Virus record (IMG/VR): IMGVR_UViG_3300045988_138147
DNA from: a virus
Length of the DNA stretch: 64,000 nucleotides
Strand: one strand, 5' to 3'
This document shows positions 7,448-15,817 of the stretch, piece after piece. Each line of letters opens with the position of its first letter. Within the stretch, counting starts at the first letter, position 1. The notes under the pieces were generated by a model that saw only the letters and a program-made list of their open reading frames with translations, did not search any database and was not told the DNA's origin. Made by a program: the position numbers and the translations under genes.

Positions 7448-8013
7448 ATAAATTTTAATTTATAACCTTTTACTGTTTTACTTTTAGATCTTAATGATTT
7501 AGATACGATAGATTCGGTAACACTAAAATAAGATGAGGTTTCTTTAATGCTGTCGAATACCCTCATAAGCACATTCAATGTTGGATGATACATTCCAACG
7601 GGCTTATATTTGGCTATTGCTGTCCTATGTGTCCTTGTGCCATAATTCATATTATATTTATGGGTACACCATTCCAAATTCTCAATAGAATTGTTTGTCG
7701 GATTCTCATCCTTATGATTTATGCAAGGATAGTTATTAGGATTAGGAATGAATGCCTGTGCTACAAGTCTATAAACAAGGAATTTCCTGTTTAAATTCCC
7801 CTTACTGAGTTCAACCCTTGGTCTTCCGTCTTTTTGATAAAAAATCGTCTTTATCCTTTCAGGTACAACTTTTAATCCTCCTTTGAAGTGTGGCACATAT
7901 CTTTTCAAACTTTTCACCCTGCCTAAATTGCTTATCTGATATAGTCCTTCATATCCGACAATATCTTTCCATATCTCAATTTCTTTAGATATAGAACCGC
8001 TTAAAATTGCCAT
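7444..8013 (-). CDS. HNH homing endonuclease (NUMOD4 + HNH)
   Basis: WKDIVGYEGLYQISNLGRVKSLKR (NUMOD4) and INHKDENPTNNSIENLEWCTHKYN (HNH). Confidence 0.88.
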   Translation of the reverse strand: MAILSGSISKEIEIWKDIVGYEGLYQISNLGRVKSLKRYVPHFKGGLKVVPERIKTIFYQKDGRPRVELSKGNLNRKFLVYRLVAQAFIPNPNNYPCINHKDENPTNNSIENLEWCTHKYNMNYGTRTHRTAIAKYKPVGMYHPTLNVLMRVFDSIKETSSYFSVTESIVSKSLRSKSKTVKGYKLKFI

Positions 8014-8015
8014 AA

Positions 8016-8912
8016 TTATATTGTTTTTAATGTTACACTTCCAACTACTGGAATCTCTTTTAAATATTTCTTATACAAATCAGGATAATCTTTCTCAAAC
8101 GCCTTCTTGTCGAAATCCTTTCTGATAGTGTCCTTTTTGCGAGTAAATGATATGATATCACCTTTCCAACTATATTCACCGGCTTCTACCATAGCCATCA
8201 TTACGCCATCAGTTATTTCTTTCTTTTTATCAGACCAATATTTTGCCTGTGACACAATTTCCTGTATTGTCCTCTCCATCTTTCGGTACTCGTCAGGAAG
8301 AGTAACAGGGGATATGGAATAGGGATTCACAAACTGTCTGCCTTCCGAATCACATTTCAACAGATTCATTACAACTTCTGATGGTATTCTCTCGACTTCT
8401 ACTATCTCATGGTTTTTGCCTCTCAACCATATACCTATAAGCCTTACCGCATTGCATCCCGGATTCTGCAACTCAAAAAGGTATGCATATATACTCAACT
8501 GCCATCTTACAGATTCCTTGTCAAGTACGTAGGTGGTCTTTATATCTCCCAAAGTAAAATCAGTTTCATTTTCGCGATAAACCTTGTCGATACAGCTTGC
8601 ATAGTGCTCATTGTCAGATACAAGATATTCGGAACATTCGTACCTCAATCCCCAATCGTCTTTCAGTTCCTTGTATCCTTGTGCTTCATCGCTGTCATGA
8701 GTTATCCCCATATCATCGACAAGTTCGCAGATACTATGGATCATAGTACCTCTTTCAGCCGCTTTCCTTAACACGTCTTCGGGAACATCACGGTATTTAT
8801 CGGGGAAAAGCTGTCTGCTTATCACGGAAGTAATACCACTTAGTTCCTTATCTCCTAGCATATAAGTATGTTCATCGGGATTGAAAACGACTTGTGATTT
8901 GATTAGTTTCAT
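8016..8912 (-). CDS. PD-(D/E)XK exonuclease (YqaJ/RecB-like recombination exonuclease)
   Basis: ERGTMIHSICELVDD ... LGDIKTTYVLD ... QLSIYAYL motifs. Overlaps the ERF gene. Confidence 0.75.
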   Translation of the reverse strand: MKLIKSQVVFNPDEHTYMLGDKELSGITSVISRQLFPDKYRDVPEDVLRKAAERGTMIHSICELVDDMGITHDSDEAQGYKELKDDWGLRYECSEYLVSDNEHYASCIDKVYRENETDFTLGDIKTTYVLDKESVRWQLSIYAYLFELQNPGCNAVRLIGIWLRGKNHEIVEVERIPSEVVMNLLKCDSEGRQFVNPYSISPVTLPDEYRKMERTIQEIVSQAKYWSDKKKEITDGVMMAMVEAGEYSWKGDIISFTRKKDTIRKDFDKKAFEKDYPDLYKKYLKEIPVVGSVTLKTI

Positions 8913-9481
8913 TTCAGTTCTCCTTTCCTTCTTGTCACCGCTTCAACAAAATGTTTGTCACTCTGTAATTCCTTATAATTTCCCCATACTACCTGTAATG
9001 TTTCGATTGACAGGCTTGATCTTACTTCCTGCAATGCCATCGCAAGGAAATCTGTTTCCTCTGGTATCGTGCTGTCAGGGTCCTTTTGCTCTTCTGTAGG
9101 AATCAGGAACAATTGAAGCAAAGAATATTTCAACGCTATGCTCATTGCTTTATTCATTCCTTTGTCACCTGCGTCCATCGCTTCACCTACATTTACAGTC
9201 TCCACAAAGCTGCCATCAGTGGTCATATACCTAAACTTTATCGTAGCCCTTGTGAATGTGTTCGTACCGCCGGATTTCGTTATCCTATTCTCCGTTGTGA
9301 AGTTCTGCACTTCCTGTAGTATGAACACCTCATTTTTTGAGAATAATTCATGAAGTTCGTTCATAACGTTGTCAATCCCACGGAATTTGAATCCCTGTTG
9401 CTGGTTCTTCTCCGATTTGGTGATAGCCTTTGTCTCTTTAAGGATATTGGCTATCTTACTGTATATTAACTGTTCACTCAT
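8909..9481 (-). CDS. erf: ERF-family single-strand annealing protein
   Basis: KAITKSEKNQQQGFKFRGIDNVMNELHELFSKNEVFI fits the ERF N-terminal pattern. Confidence 0.75.
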   Translation of the reverse strand: MSEQLIYSKIANILKETKAITKSEKNQQQGFKFRGIDNVMNELHELFSKNEVFILQEVQNFTTENRITKSGGTNTFTRATIKFRYMTTDGSFVETVNVGEAMDAGDKGMNKAMSIALKYSLLQLFLIPTEEQKDPDSTIPEETDFLAMALQEVRSSLSIETLQVVWGNYKELQSDKHFVEAVTRRKGELK

Positions 9482-9496
9482 TATAAAGTTATTATT

Positions 9497-9739
9497 TTAC
9501 CAACACAAAAAAGGCAGGTCCACAGTCCTTACAAAGTTCCGCTTCCTGCCATGATATCTCTCCGATTCTTCAAGCTCGTTTTCAAGAGAATCGATTTCTT
9601 CATTAAGCAAGGATATATATTTACCTTTACAGTCAGCGTTGAAGGTGAGCCTTACCGATTCCTCACTCATTGACTGGACTATATCAAGCTCTGAATAAAG
9701 TTTATCCAGTTCATCGCTTATCTGTCTTATAGTCCTCAT
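9497..9739 (-). CDS. hypothetical coiled-coil protein (80 aa)
   Basis: ORF track. Confidence 0.6.
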   Translation of the reverse strand: MRTIRQISDELDKLYSELDIVQSMSEESVRLTFNADCKGKYISLLNEEIDSLENELEESERYHGRKRNFVRTVDLPFLCW

Positions 9740-9879
9740 ACCTTTTCAAGAAATTGGACCGGCAACGAGCATACACCCTTCATATTAGGATATTTGACAT
9801 CAGCATACCCGTTAGCGATATAAACAATCGTACCTGTCAGCGTATCACCTATTTCACGTACTTTATCACCTTTCTTCAT
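9736..9879 (-). CDS. hypothetical small protein (47 aa)
   Basis: Hand translation: MKKGDKVREIGDTLTGTIVYIANGYADVKYPNMKGVCSLPVQFLEKV. ATGA overlaps at both ends. Confidence 0.5.
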   Translation of the reverse strand: MKKGDKVREIGDTLTGTIVYIANGYADVKYPNMKGVCSLPVQFLEKV

Positions 9880-10097
9880 AACCATTTTATTTTAAGTTCA
9901 ACTTTAACCGGAGGATTCTCCATCTTGGAAAATCCGTCAAGAATTTGCTCTTTAAGAAGTTTGGGAGGTCTGTCAGTAATCTTACTATCCAAGACAGACA
10001 GTTCCTCACGTTCTCCGTCATAAAACACAAGCGTTACGCCTTGAACTATATATGGATTCATGGCAGTTCGGTATAAGTAAGATTTACACCGACACAT
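9876..10097 (-). CDS. hypothetical protein (73 aa)
   Basis: ORF track. Confidence 0.55.
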   Translation of the reverse strand: MCRCKSYLYRTAMNPYIVQGVTLVFYDGEREELSVLDSKITDRPPKLLKEQILDGFSKMENPPVKVELKIKWL

Positions 10098-10231
10098 TCA
10101 TGTGTCGCACGGATACTGTTACGGTATTTCTCCAAATCATCCACCATAACAGGCATGAACAATTTTACTGTATCCCTGCCACCACTGGCATACACAAGCT
10201 GGTAACTTGTTATTTGATATTTCTTTTCCAT
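10058..10231 (-). CDS. hypothetical protein (likely start MEKKYQITSYQ at 10231)
   Basis: ORF track 10058..10324. The internal ATG avoids overlap with 10242..10547. Confidence 0.5.
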   Translation of the reverse strand: MEKKYQITSYQLVYASGGRDTVKLFMPVMVDDLEKYRNSIRATHECVGVNLTYTELP

Positions 10232-10241
10232 GATATTTATA

Positions 10242-10547
10242 TTATTGTGGCAATGGTTTCCAAAAATCAATGTCCCATGCCCGGTTAGTATTTCCACATA
10301 TCCAAATGTTCTTCTTATGCTCACTATCGAATACCAACATCCCGGTATTCACAAATTTCCCGGAACTCTTCACAAGCACTCTTGTGTCCAATGGTGGAGG
10401 ATCTTTTTCTGCATTCCTCCATTTCATGGATTCCAAAACAAATTGAGCACCTTTCTCAAAATCCACCGATGCTGTTCTTTTGTGCGTAATCCCATGTATA
10501 CCATTTGCATACTCTCTGGCTTTCTCCTTTATTATATTTATATCCAT
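10242..10547 (-). CDS. DUF551-like protein
   Basis: WRNAEKDPPPLDTRVLVKSSGKFVNTGMLVF... resembles the DUF551 pattern W..(E/D)..P.....VLV (from memory). Confidence 0.55.
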   Translation of the reverse strand: MDINIIKEKAREYANGIHGITHKRTASVDFEKGAQFVLESMKWRNAEKDPPPLDTRVLVKSSGKFVNTGMLVFDSEHKKNIWICGNTNRAWDIDFWKPLPQ

Positions 10548-10565
10548 AATTTAACTTGTTTCCTA

Positions 10566-10602
10566 TTAAAAAGCTCCTGTTATCTTCACAGACTACAGGA
10601 GC
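10566..10602 (-). terminator. intrinsic terminator inside the early operon
   Basis: Minus strand GCTCCTGTagtctgtgaagataACAGGAGC followed by TTTTTAAT. Confidence 0.6.
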
Positions 10603-10826
10603 AAAACCTAAACGACTTTATTATGACAACCTACAGCCACCGTCAGCGGAATCGGACCGCCATACTATCCGTTAAATGAAAGTAGAGATTAGAACAGATA
10701 ATTATTTATGCTTATTTCCTTAGACAGTACCAGCCATGGACGGTGAAATTCCGTACCTATATTCACACACCGGCACGGACAAATTATGCAATTAACATTA
10801 TAAACACAAAAAACTAGATGAAAAAA

Positions 10827-11009
10827 TCATTCATATTCCTTTAACTCCTTATATGTCATTGCCACCAATCTCACACACAATAATGAGATAATAGAAAATA
10901 TAATCACCGATACGGATTTTATAGGACTTTCCGTAACTATCGCACCATAAATCATTCCTAAGGAACATAGGGTGGCAAATATAGACAGGATAAAATTAGC
11001 TGTTTTCAT
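10827..11009 (-). CDS. small two-TM membrane protein (60 aa)
   Basis: FILSIFATLCSLGMIYGAIV and VSVIIFSIISLLCVRLVAM. Confidence 0.55.
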   Translation of the reverse strand: MKTANFILSIFATLCSLGMIYGAIVTESPIKSVSVIIFSIISLLCVRLVAMTYKELKEYE

Positions 11010-11029
11010 TATATTATTTTTGGGGAAGT

Positions 11030-11356
11030 TTACTGAACCACTGGTGGAAGCTCTTGTATTTGCTTCATAATGTTAGATACTTCATCCGCATCTACATAGC
11101 CGATTACATCATTTGTTATTGAAGTGTTATAGCAAATTCCATTATTATCAAGAACTTCAACCTCATAAGTATCAATACCGTTGGAGTAAAACAAAGTACC
11201 TTTTAAAACACTTATTCCATATCCGTTCTCAAACTGCATTTTAGCATGCTTTGCGTTCATATATTCCTCACGGATGGAAGAAGGTAAGAGAAATGCATCT
11301 TTAGTCATTTCATGTTGTTTAAAAACCAAATCCTTGAATTGTTTTAGTTCATTCAT
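11030..11356 (-). CDS. hypothetical protein (108 aa)
   Basis: ORF track. Confidence 0.65.
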   Translation of the reverse strand: MNELKQFKDLVFKQHEMTKDAFLLPSSIREEYMNAKHAKMQFENGYGISVLKGTLFYSNGIDTYEVEVLDNNGICYNTSITNDVIGYVDADEVSNIMKQIQELPPVVQ

Positions 11357-11379
11357 GTCATTTTAATTATAAGTTTGTT

Positions 11380-11427
11380 CCCCTCAACGGCTTAAACCGG
11401 TTGTCACCCCGAATCTTACGGGAGGGG
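11380..11427. repeat. copy 1 of a ~47-nt duplicated structured element
   Basis: cccctcaacggcttaaaccggttgtcaccccgaatcttacgggagggg. Ends can pair (CCCCTC/GAGGGG). Confidence 0.9.
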
Positions 11428-11706
11428 ATATATTAGATCTTTCAGCGATACTTGTGCCTAACCAAGCATACTCCCACGCTAAAGACAAATTGGCGTGCTG
11501 AAAGTAAAATCATTTCAACTTCGTGGCTTTACCACCATCAGACATTTACAACCATTCGACCGTTATCGTCTTATCTTCGGTTGCTATCGGTGTCAATTCC
11601 GTTCCACTTGCACCCACCACTATCCACCATCACTGGCTTCGCTTACGTGCCTTCGCAGAAATACATCTTTTTATCGTACCAATATGTCAAAGAACTTTAA
11701 GTAGCT

Positions 11707-11753
11707 CCCCTCAACGGCTTAAACCGGTTGTTACCACGAATCTTACGGGAGGG
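11707..11753. repeat. copy 2 of the ~47-nt duplicated structured element (2 mismatches)
   Basis: cccctcaacggcttaaaccggttgttaccacgaatcttacgggaggg. Confidence 0.9.
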
Positions 11754-11770
11754 AAGAAATAGTAATCAGA

Positions 11771-11983
11771 TCAAATCACTTTATGTTTCTCTATGTACCT
11801 TTGCAATGAATTTACATTGTACCATACCATTCTCCCATCGCGACAAAACGATACTTGCCCACTCTCCCTAACTTTGCGTAGGTAGTCATCGGCACATCCT
11901 AAAAACGCCATGGCCTCTTCTCTGCTCAGCCATATCTTATTGACAGGTTGAACTTTCCCGGAATTTATATTTACCTTTTTCAT
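11771..11983 (-). CDS. excisionase-family / MerR-like HTH DNA-binding protein
   Basis: IWLSREEAMAFLGCADDYLRKVRESGQVSFCRDGRMVWYNVNSLQRYIEKH fits the HTH_17 excisionase-type pattern. Confidence 0.65.
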   Translation of the reverse strand: MKKVNINSGKVQPVNKIWLSREEAMAFLGCADDYLRKVRESGQVSFCRDGRMVWYNVNSLQRYIEKHKVI

Positions 11984-12052
11984 ATTGTTTTTTTATTCAA
12001 ATCCTGATTTATCGCTTTCATAATCAATTTATTTTTGTAAAACCGGTTTTCT

Positions 12053-12063
12053 GGGGGGGGGGG
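12053..12063. repeat. G11 homopolymer
   Basis: Counted directly (ttttctGGGGGGGGGGGaag). Intergenic, about 70 nt upstream of the 11983 start. Confidence 0.95.
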
Positions 12064-12137
12064 AAGTTGTCAAGCCCTTAAATATCAGCTTAGCTTCCCT
12101 GGTCTTGTTTGTCATTATAAGTTCCATATTTCTAATT

Positions 12138-12446
12138 TTATTTCCCTATTGCAGTTATTGAAATGCTATTAGACTCCCAGTCTGTGGTAGTCGAGTAATT
12201 AGATATATCAGCAGGTTTCCTTGTTTTTTTTACGTAGCAAACCAATGAAACTGCCGAATGGCATTCTCTTGGATTTCCCAAAATGAATGTCTTTGTCTTT
12301 CCCGGTCTGATTTTTAAAATATCCTCTACTGTAACTTTCATATCTTTATTTGATTTTATTATCACAACAGTAGGCATGGTTTGCGAATTTTCGCTATATT
12401 TGCGATTGACGATTGCGATAAGGAGCGAATTATATCCGCATCCCAT
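12138..12446 (-). CDS. first gene of the leftward early operon, hypothetical (alternative start MPTVVIIK at 12377)
   Basis: ORF track. Divergent from the XRE repressor. Confidence 0.55.
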   Translation of the reverse strand: MGCGYNSLLIAIVNRKYSENSQTMPTVVIIKSNKDMKVTVEDILKIRPGKTKTFILGNPRECHSAVSLVCYVKKTRKPADISNYSTTTDWESNSISITAIGK

Positions 12447-12470
12447 GCCTTATTTGTTTGTTTTACGACG

Positions 12471-12478
12471 CAAATATA
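12471..12478 (-). promoter_or_regulatory. -7 box TAtaTTTG for the leftward early operon
   Basis: Plus strand reads caaatata, the reverse complement of TATATTTG. Lies in the 90-bp divergent region. Confidence 0.5.
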
Positions 12479-12483
12479 GTAGA

Positions 12484-12537
12484 TTATCGTAATAACACGA
12501 ATATGAAATACGATTTTTAACAAGTTTTATACGATAA
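12484..12537. promoter_or_regulatory. candidate operator half-sites (TTATCGTAA 12484-92; ATACGAT 12508-14; TATACGATAA 12528-37, inverted)
   Basis: Repeated TACGAT(A)/TATCGTA in both orientations between the divergent genes. Confidence 0.4.
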
Positions 12538-12953
12538 TGAATAGGAAAGATATTGGTTATAGGCTTAAATCCTTTATTAAGTCGCAAGGGCTAACACAAA
12601 GTACCCTTGCGATGCAAATGGGTAAAACACAGTCTGAAATATCAGAAATGATAAGTGGAAGAAGAAGATTCGAGCCACTTGCTACATATTTATGTGATAA
12701 ATACGGGGCAAGTATGGATTATTTCATTACAGGTGAAGAAAACAAGTTGAGCGATATTATCGCAAACAACGAAGAAGTAAGGAACGGATTATCGCATGAT
12801 GATAAAGTACAATTGCTTGATAAACTGGAAAGCTTGTATGAAAGACACCAAGCAATCCTGAAAACGATAAGCGATGCCACCAAAGAGAGTGGTGAGGTCT
12901 TAAAAGAGATAGCAACAATAAATAAATTGCTGATAGTTGGAACTCAAATTTAG
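12537..12953 (+). CDS. XRE-family HTH repressor (CI-like)
   Basis: IGYRLKSFIKSQGLTQSTLAMQMGKTQSEISEMISGRR is a canonical XRE HTH. Coiled-coil C-terminal half. Divergent from the early operon. Confidence 0.85.
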   Translation: MNRKDIGYRLKSFIKSQGLTQSTLAMQMGKTQSEISEMISGRRRFEPLATYLCDKYGASMDYFITGEENKLSDIIANNEEVRNGLSHDDKVQLLDKLESLYERHQAILKTISDATKESGEVLKEIATINKLLIVGTQI

Positions 12954-12956
12954 TGT

Positions 12957-13685
12957 TTGTATTACATGGATATTATGTGCATTGTTGAGTTTTTAAACAA
13001 AAATCAAGGAGTATTGAGCTTTCTTGTTTTCCTATTATTTGCTGTGTACATTTTGGCGGGCAATATAAAAAGGGTAAATAAGTTCATTCCTTGTATGAAT
13101 ATGATATTTGCTATATGCGCTTTTATTTTTAGCGTCTTATCATTGTGTTGGTCGTTCCCAAGAACAAATTTGGAGTTTGACTATATTGGATTTATATTAG
13201 GTGCACTATCTTTTCTCGTTGCAATATTGGCAATTATGTTCGGGTATAATATATTCAATTTTCAAGGTGAAATAAATAGGGGAATAGATAAGAAACTTGA
13301 AAAGGTAAAGGAAGAATGCTTAATTGAGACATATAGCAATTCAATAATTGAATCCGATTCTATGATGAAATATTATCTTGAAAATAAAAAGTGGAATGAA
13401 ATTCTGATATTAAAAAAGATAAATATGCTCAGGGAATTGAATTTGTCGGAAATTTCATGTTCTCATAGCATAAAAACTGATGGAGTTTTGCAGTTAACAA
13501 AAAGCATTATTGAGAATAGTGATACTTTTGATGATGGAACATATAACAATTATGTATTATATATGGATGTATTTAAGCGATTTTGTAAGGGGGCAGATAA
13601 TGCTCTTAATCTTTATAATGAATATATGGAGAAAAAGAAAAAACGTATTCATAACACAGAAATTGTACCAAATGAAATTCCGTAG
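12957..13685 (+). CDS. multi-pass membrane protein with cytoplasmic C-domain (likely ATG at 12966)
   Basis: Three hydrophobic helices (VLSFLVFLLFAVYILAG, MIFAICAFIFSVLSLCW, IGFILGALSFLVAILAIMFGY). Starts 4 nt after the repressor stop. Confidence 0.7.
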   Translation: MYYMDIMCIVEFLNKNQGVLSFLVFLLFAVYILAGNIKRVNKFIPCMNMIFAICAFIFSVLSLCWSFPRTNLEFDYIGFILGALSFLVAILAIMFGYNIFNFQGEINRGIDKKLEKVKEECLIETYSNSIIESDSMMKYYLENKKWNEILILKKINMLRELNLSEISCSHSIKTDGVLQLTKSIIENSDTFDDGTYNNYVLYMDVFKRFCKGADNALNLYNEYMEKKKKRIHNTEIVPNEIP

Positions 13686-13740
13686 CGATTCTTTCGACAT
13701 GTATTTTGAAGAAATAGCTTATAAATAAAATAATAATGAT

Positions 13741-14697
13741 ATGGCAAAACCGAGAGTTTTTATAAGTTCTACATTCTATGACCTAAAAACAATAAGACTT
13801 GAATTGGATAAGTTCTTAAAAAGTTTAGGATATGAGTCTGTAAGAAACGAGAAAGGAGATATACCGTATGGTTCCACTGAATCTATGCAGTCTTATTGTT
13901 ATAAGGAAATTTCAAATATTGATATATTAGTTTCTATTATTGGAAGTCGTTTTGGGTCTCCAAGCGAAAATGACAAGAGTCGCTCTGTTTCAAACATAGA
14001 ATTAAAAACAGCAATAGAGCAAAATAAACATGTATTTATTTTCATCGAAAAAAGTGTGTTTATTGAATATGAGACATATTTACTAAATGAGGATAGCGAT
14101 AAAATAAAATACAGATATGTTGATAATGCAAACACATACAAATTCATAAAGGAAATAAAAGCACTTAAAGCCAATAATAATATAAAAGAGTTTGAAAATG
14201 TAGATGATATAATATCTTATTTGCGTGAGCAATTTGCCGGACTAATGAAGCAGTTTTTTATACAAGAACAAAGACTTGGAGAAATAAATTTGATAAAGGG
14301 TATAAATTCGACTGCAAGTACATTAAAAGAATTAGTTGACTATATTCAAAACACAAATGAAAGCCAAAAAGAGAATTTGAAAGAAATTATAAAAACATTC
14401 CATCCTATTATAGGGGAGCTAAAGGAAATGCTTCACATACCTTACAAGTTTTATATCGAGGAATATAAAGATTTGAAAAATTTGTTAGAGTCAAGAGGCT
14501 TTAATCTGATAGACCATATCCAAGGAGAAAGTGGTAGTTTTGTTTTTGAAAAAGAAAAGGATAGTATATCTTCTTATAGAATGACTATTGATAAATTTAT
14601 ATTTGATAAAGATATGACCCTAAAACCGTTTCAACCCAATGAATGGAAATATTCATTTATAAAGATGGAAGAGCATTGTGATGAATTACCATTTTAA
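13741..14697 (+). CDS. DUF4062 (TIR-like) domain protein with uncharacterised C-domain
   Basis: PRVFISSTFYDLKTIRLELDKFL ... DILVSIIGSRFGS ... SNIELKTAIEQNKHVFIFIEK ... FENVDDIISYLREQFAGL track the DUF4062 consensus (VFISSTF.DL..ER, Y.LI.G.RYGS; from memory). Confidence 0.75.
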   Translation: MAKPRVFISSTFYDLKTIRLELDKFLKSLGYESVRNEKGDIPYGSTESMQSYCYKEISNIDILVSIIGSRFGSPSENDKSRSVSNIELKTAIEQNKHVFIFIEKSVFIEYETYLLNEDSDKIKYRYVDNANTYKFIKEIKALKANNNIKEFENVDDIISYLREQFAGLMKQFFIQEQRLGEINLIKGINSTASTLKELVDYIQNTNESQKENLKEIIKTFHPIIGELKEMLHIPYKFYIEEYKDLKNLLESRGFNLIDHIQGESGSFVFEKEKDSISSYRMTIDKFIFDKDMTLKPFQPNEWKYSFIKMEEHCDELPF

Positions 14698-14780
14698 TAA
14701 ATTGAAATAATTAACCCATTAAAAGCAACATTATAGACAATGTTTTTTTCTCATATTCTTCCATTTCTTTAAAATTTTGG

Positions 14781-14975
14781 GTGATGTTCGTACATGAAAG
14801 AAAAGAGACTGTGGGTAACTATAAAGCATGGATGGTTTCTTGGGTCTTTCATTGCGCTTTGATAGGGATCGCGGTCATGTTAAGAAGAACGTTGTCAAGT
14901 TGTGAGCGGCAAAGTTATAAAAAAAGAATACAAACTGAAATAACTAAAAAGATGGAACGTATCGTTTTATTATGA
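14781..14975 (+). CDS. possible small TM protein (64 aa, non-ATG start in track)
   Basis: The stop overlaps the next ATG (ATGA). Hydrophobic WMVSWVFHCALIGIAVML. Weak support. Confidence 0.3.
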   Translation: MMFVHERKETVGNYKAWMVSWVFHCALIGIAVMLRRTLSSCERQSYKKRIQTEITKKMERIVLL

Positions 14976-15289
14976 AAAGTGTTAATAAATTCATAACAGA
15001 GAATAAAGGGGTATTATCTTTGTTTGGAATTTTACTTGGTATAGTATTTAGTGCAGGATTATTCGTTGGTTCTAACAATATGGATAGATATGATACTATA
15101 AAATATGGTCATGAAAGTCTTGATAAAAGAACTAACAAAATTGAAGGTCAAATAAATAATATACAAGAACAAGTAAAAGACATTCAAAATAAGATTGAAA
15201 GTTTACGAGATGATATTCATAAGAACGCTGAAAAGCAACAAGATAATATTCATAAATTGGAAATAGAATTTTATAAAAATAAAAAGTGA
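14972..15289 (+). CDS. single-TM coiled-coil protein (105 aa)
   Basis: VLSLFGILLGIVFSAGLFVG followed by heptad-like IEGQINNIQEQVKDIQNKIESLRDDI. Confidence 0.7.
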   Translation: MKSVNKFITENKGVLSLFGILLGIVFSAGLFVGSNNMDRYDTIKYGHESLDKRTNKIEGQINNIQEQVKDIQNKIESLRDDIHKNAEKQQDNIHKLEIEFYKNKK

Positions 15290-15290
15290 T

Positions 15291-15812
15291 ATGAGCAATA
15301 AGAACTATACAATAAGTAAATATTCAATAGTTTATACTTTGTCTATTTTTATAGGGTTAACTTCATTGATTTTTATATATTATTCTTCAAGGAATAGTGA
15401 TTTCCTTAAAAATGAATTAGCGCAAAAAGAATATAATATAAACATTCTAAATGAAAAAATAAATGAATTACAAGAAATATACAAAAAAAAATATGACGAA
15501 AAATCTGAAAACATATGTTTAGTGTCATATAGTTTTAATATAAAGCGTAGTAAGTTAGTTGTAAAATATAACAATAAGTTTAATCTAAAAAATGGAGATA
15601 GAATTGAACTTACTTATAAGAATGGGAATGTAAAAACGACTATTGAGCTATATGTTTCAATAGACCCCAACATAGATAAAACAGATAAGTCTGATTTTAT
15701 AATAAGCTATGGGGATTTACGCATATTGACAAATAGAAGAAAAAACACAAAGGGCATTTATGAAATGACATTTAAGAGAACTACAACAGATAGTGTAACT
15801 GATAATAACTAA
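15291..15812 (+). CDS. single-TM protein with coiled-coil and beta-rich C-domain (173 aa)
   Basis: IVYTLSIFIGLTSLIFIYY followed by LAQKEYNINILNEKINELQEIYKK. Starts 2 nt after the previous stop. Confidence 0.7.
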   Translation: MSNKNYTISKYSIVYTLSIFIGLTSLIFIYYSSRNSDFLKNELAQKEYNINILNEKINELQEIYKKKYDEKSENICLVSYSFNIKRSKLVVKYNNKFNLKNGDRIELTYKNGNVKTTIELYVSIDPNIDKTDKSDFIISYGDLRILTNRRKNTKGIYEMTFKRTTTDSVTDNN

Positions 15813-15817
15813 TAAAT

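Noticed and set aside
11452-11762. Three overlapping plus-strand ORFs (69-82 aa) between the 47-nt repeats
   Set aside because: They mutually overlap in all three frames, lie opposite to the operon direction and have low-complexity, implausible sequences. The segment is treated as non-coding.
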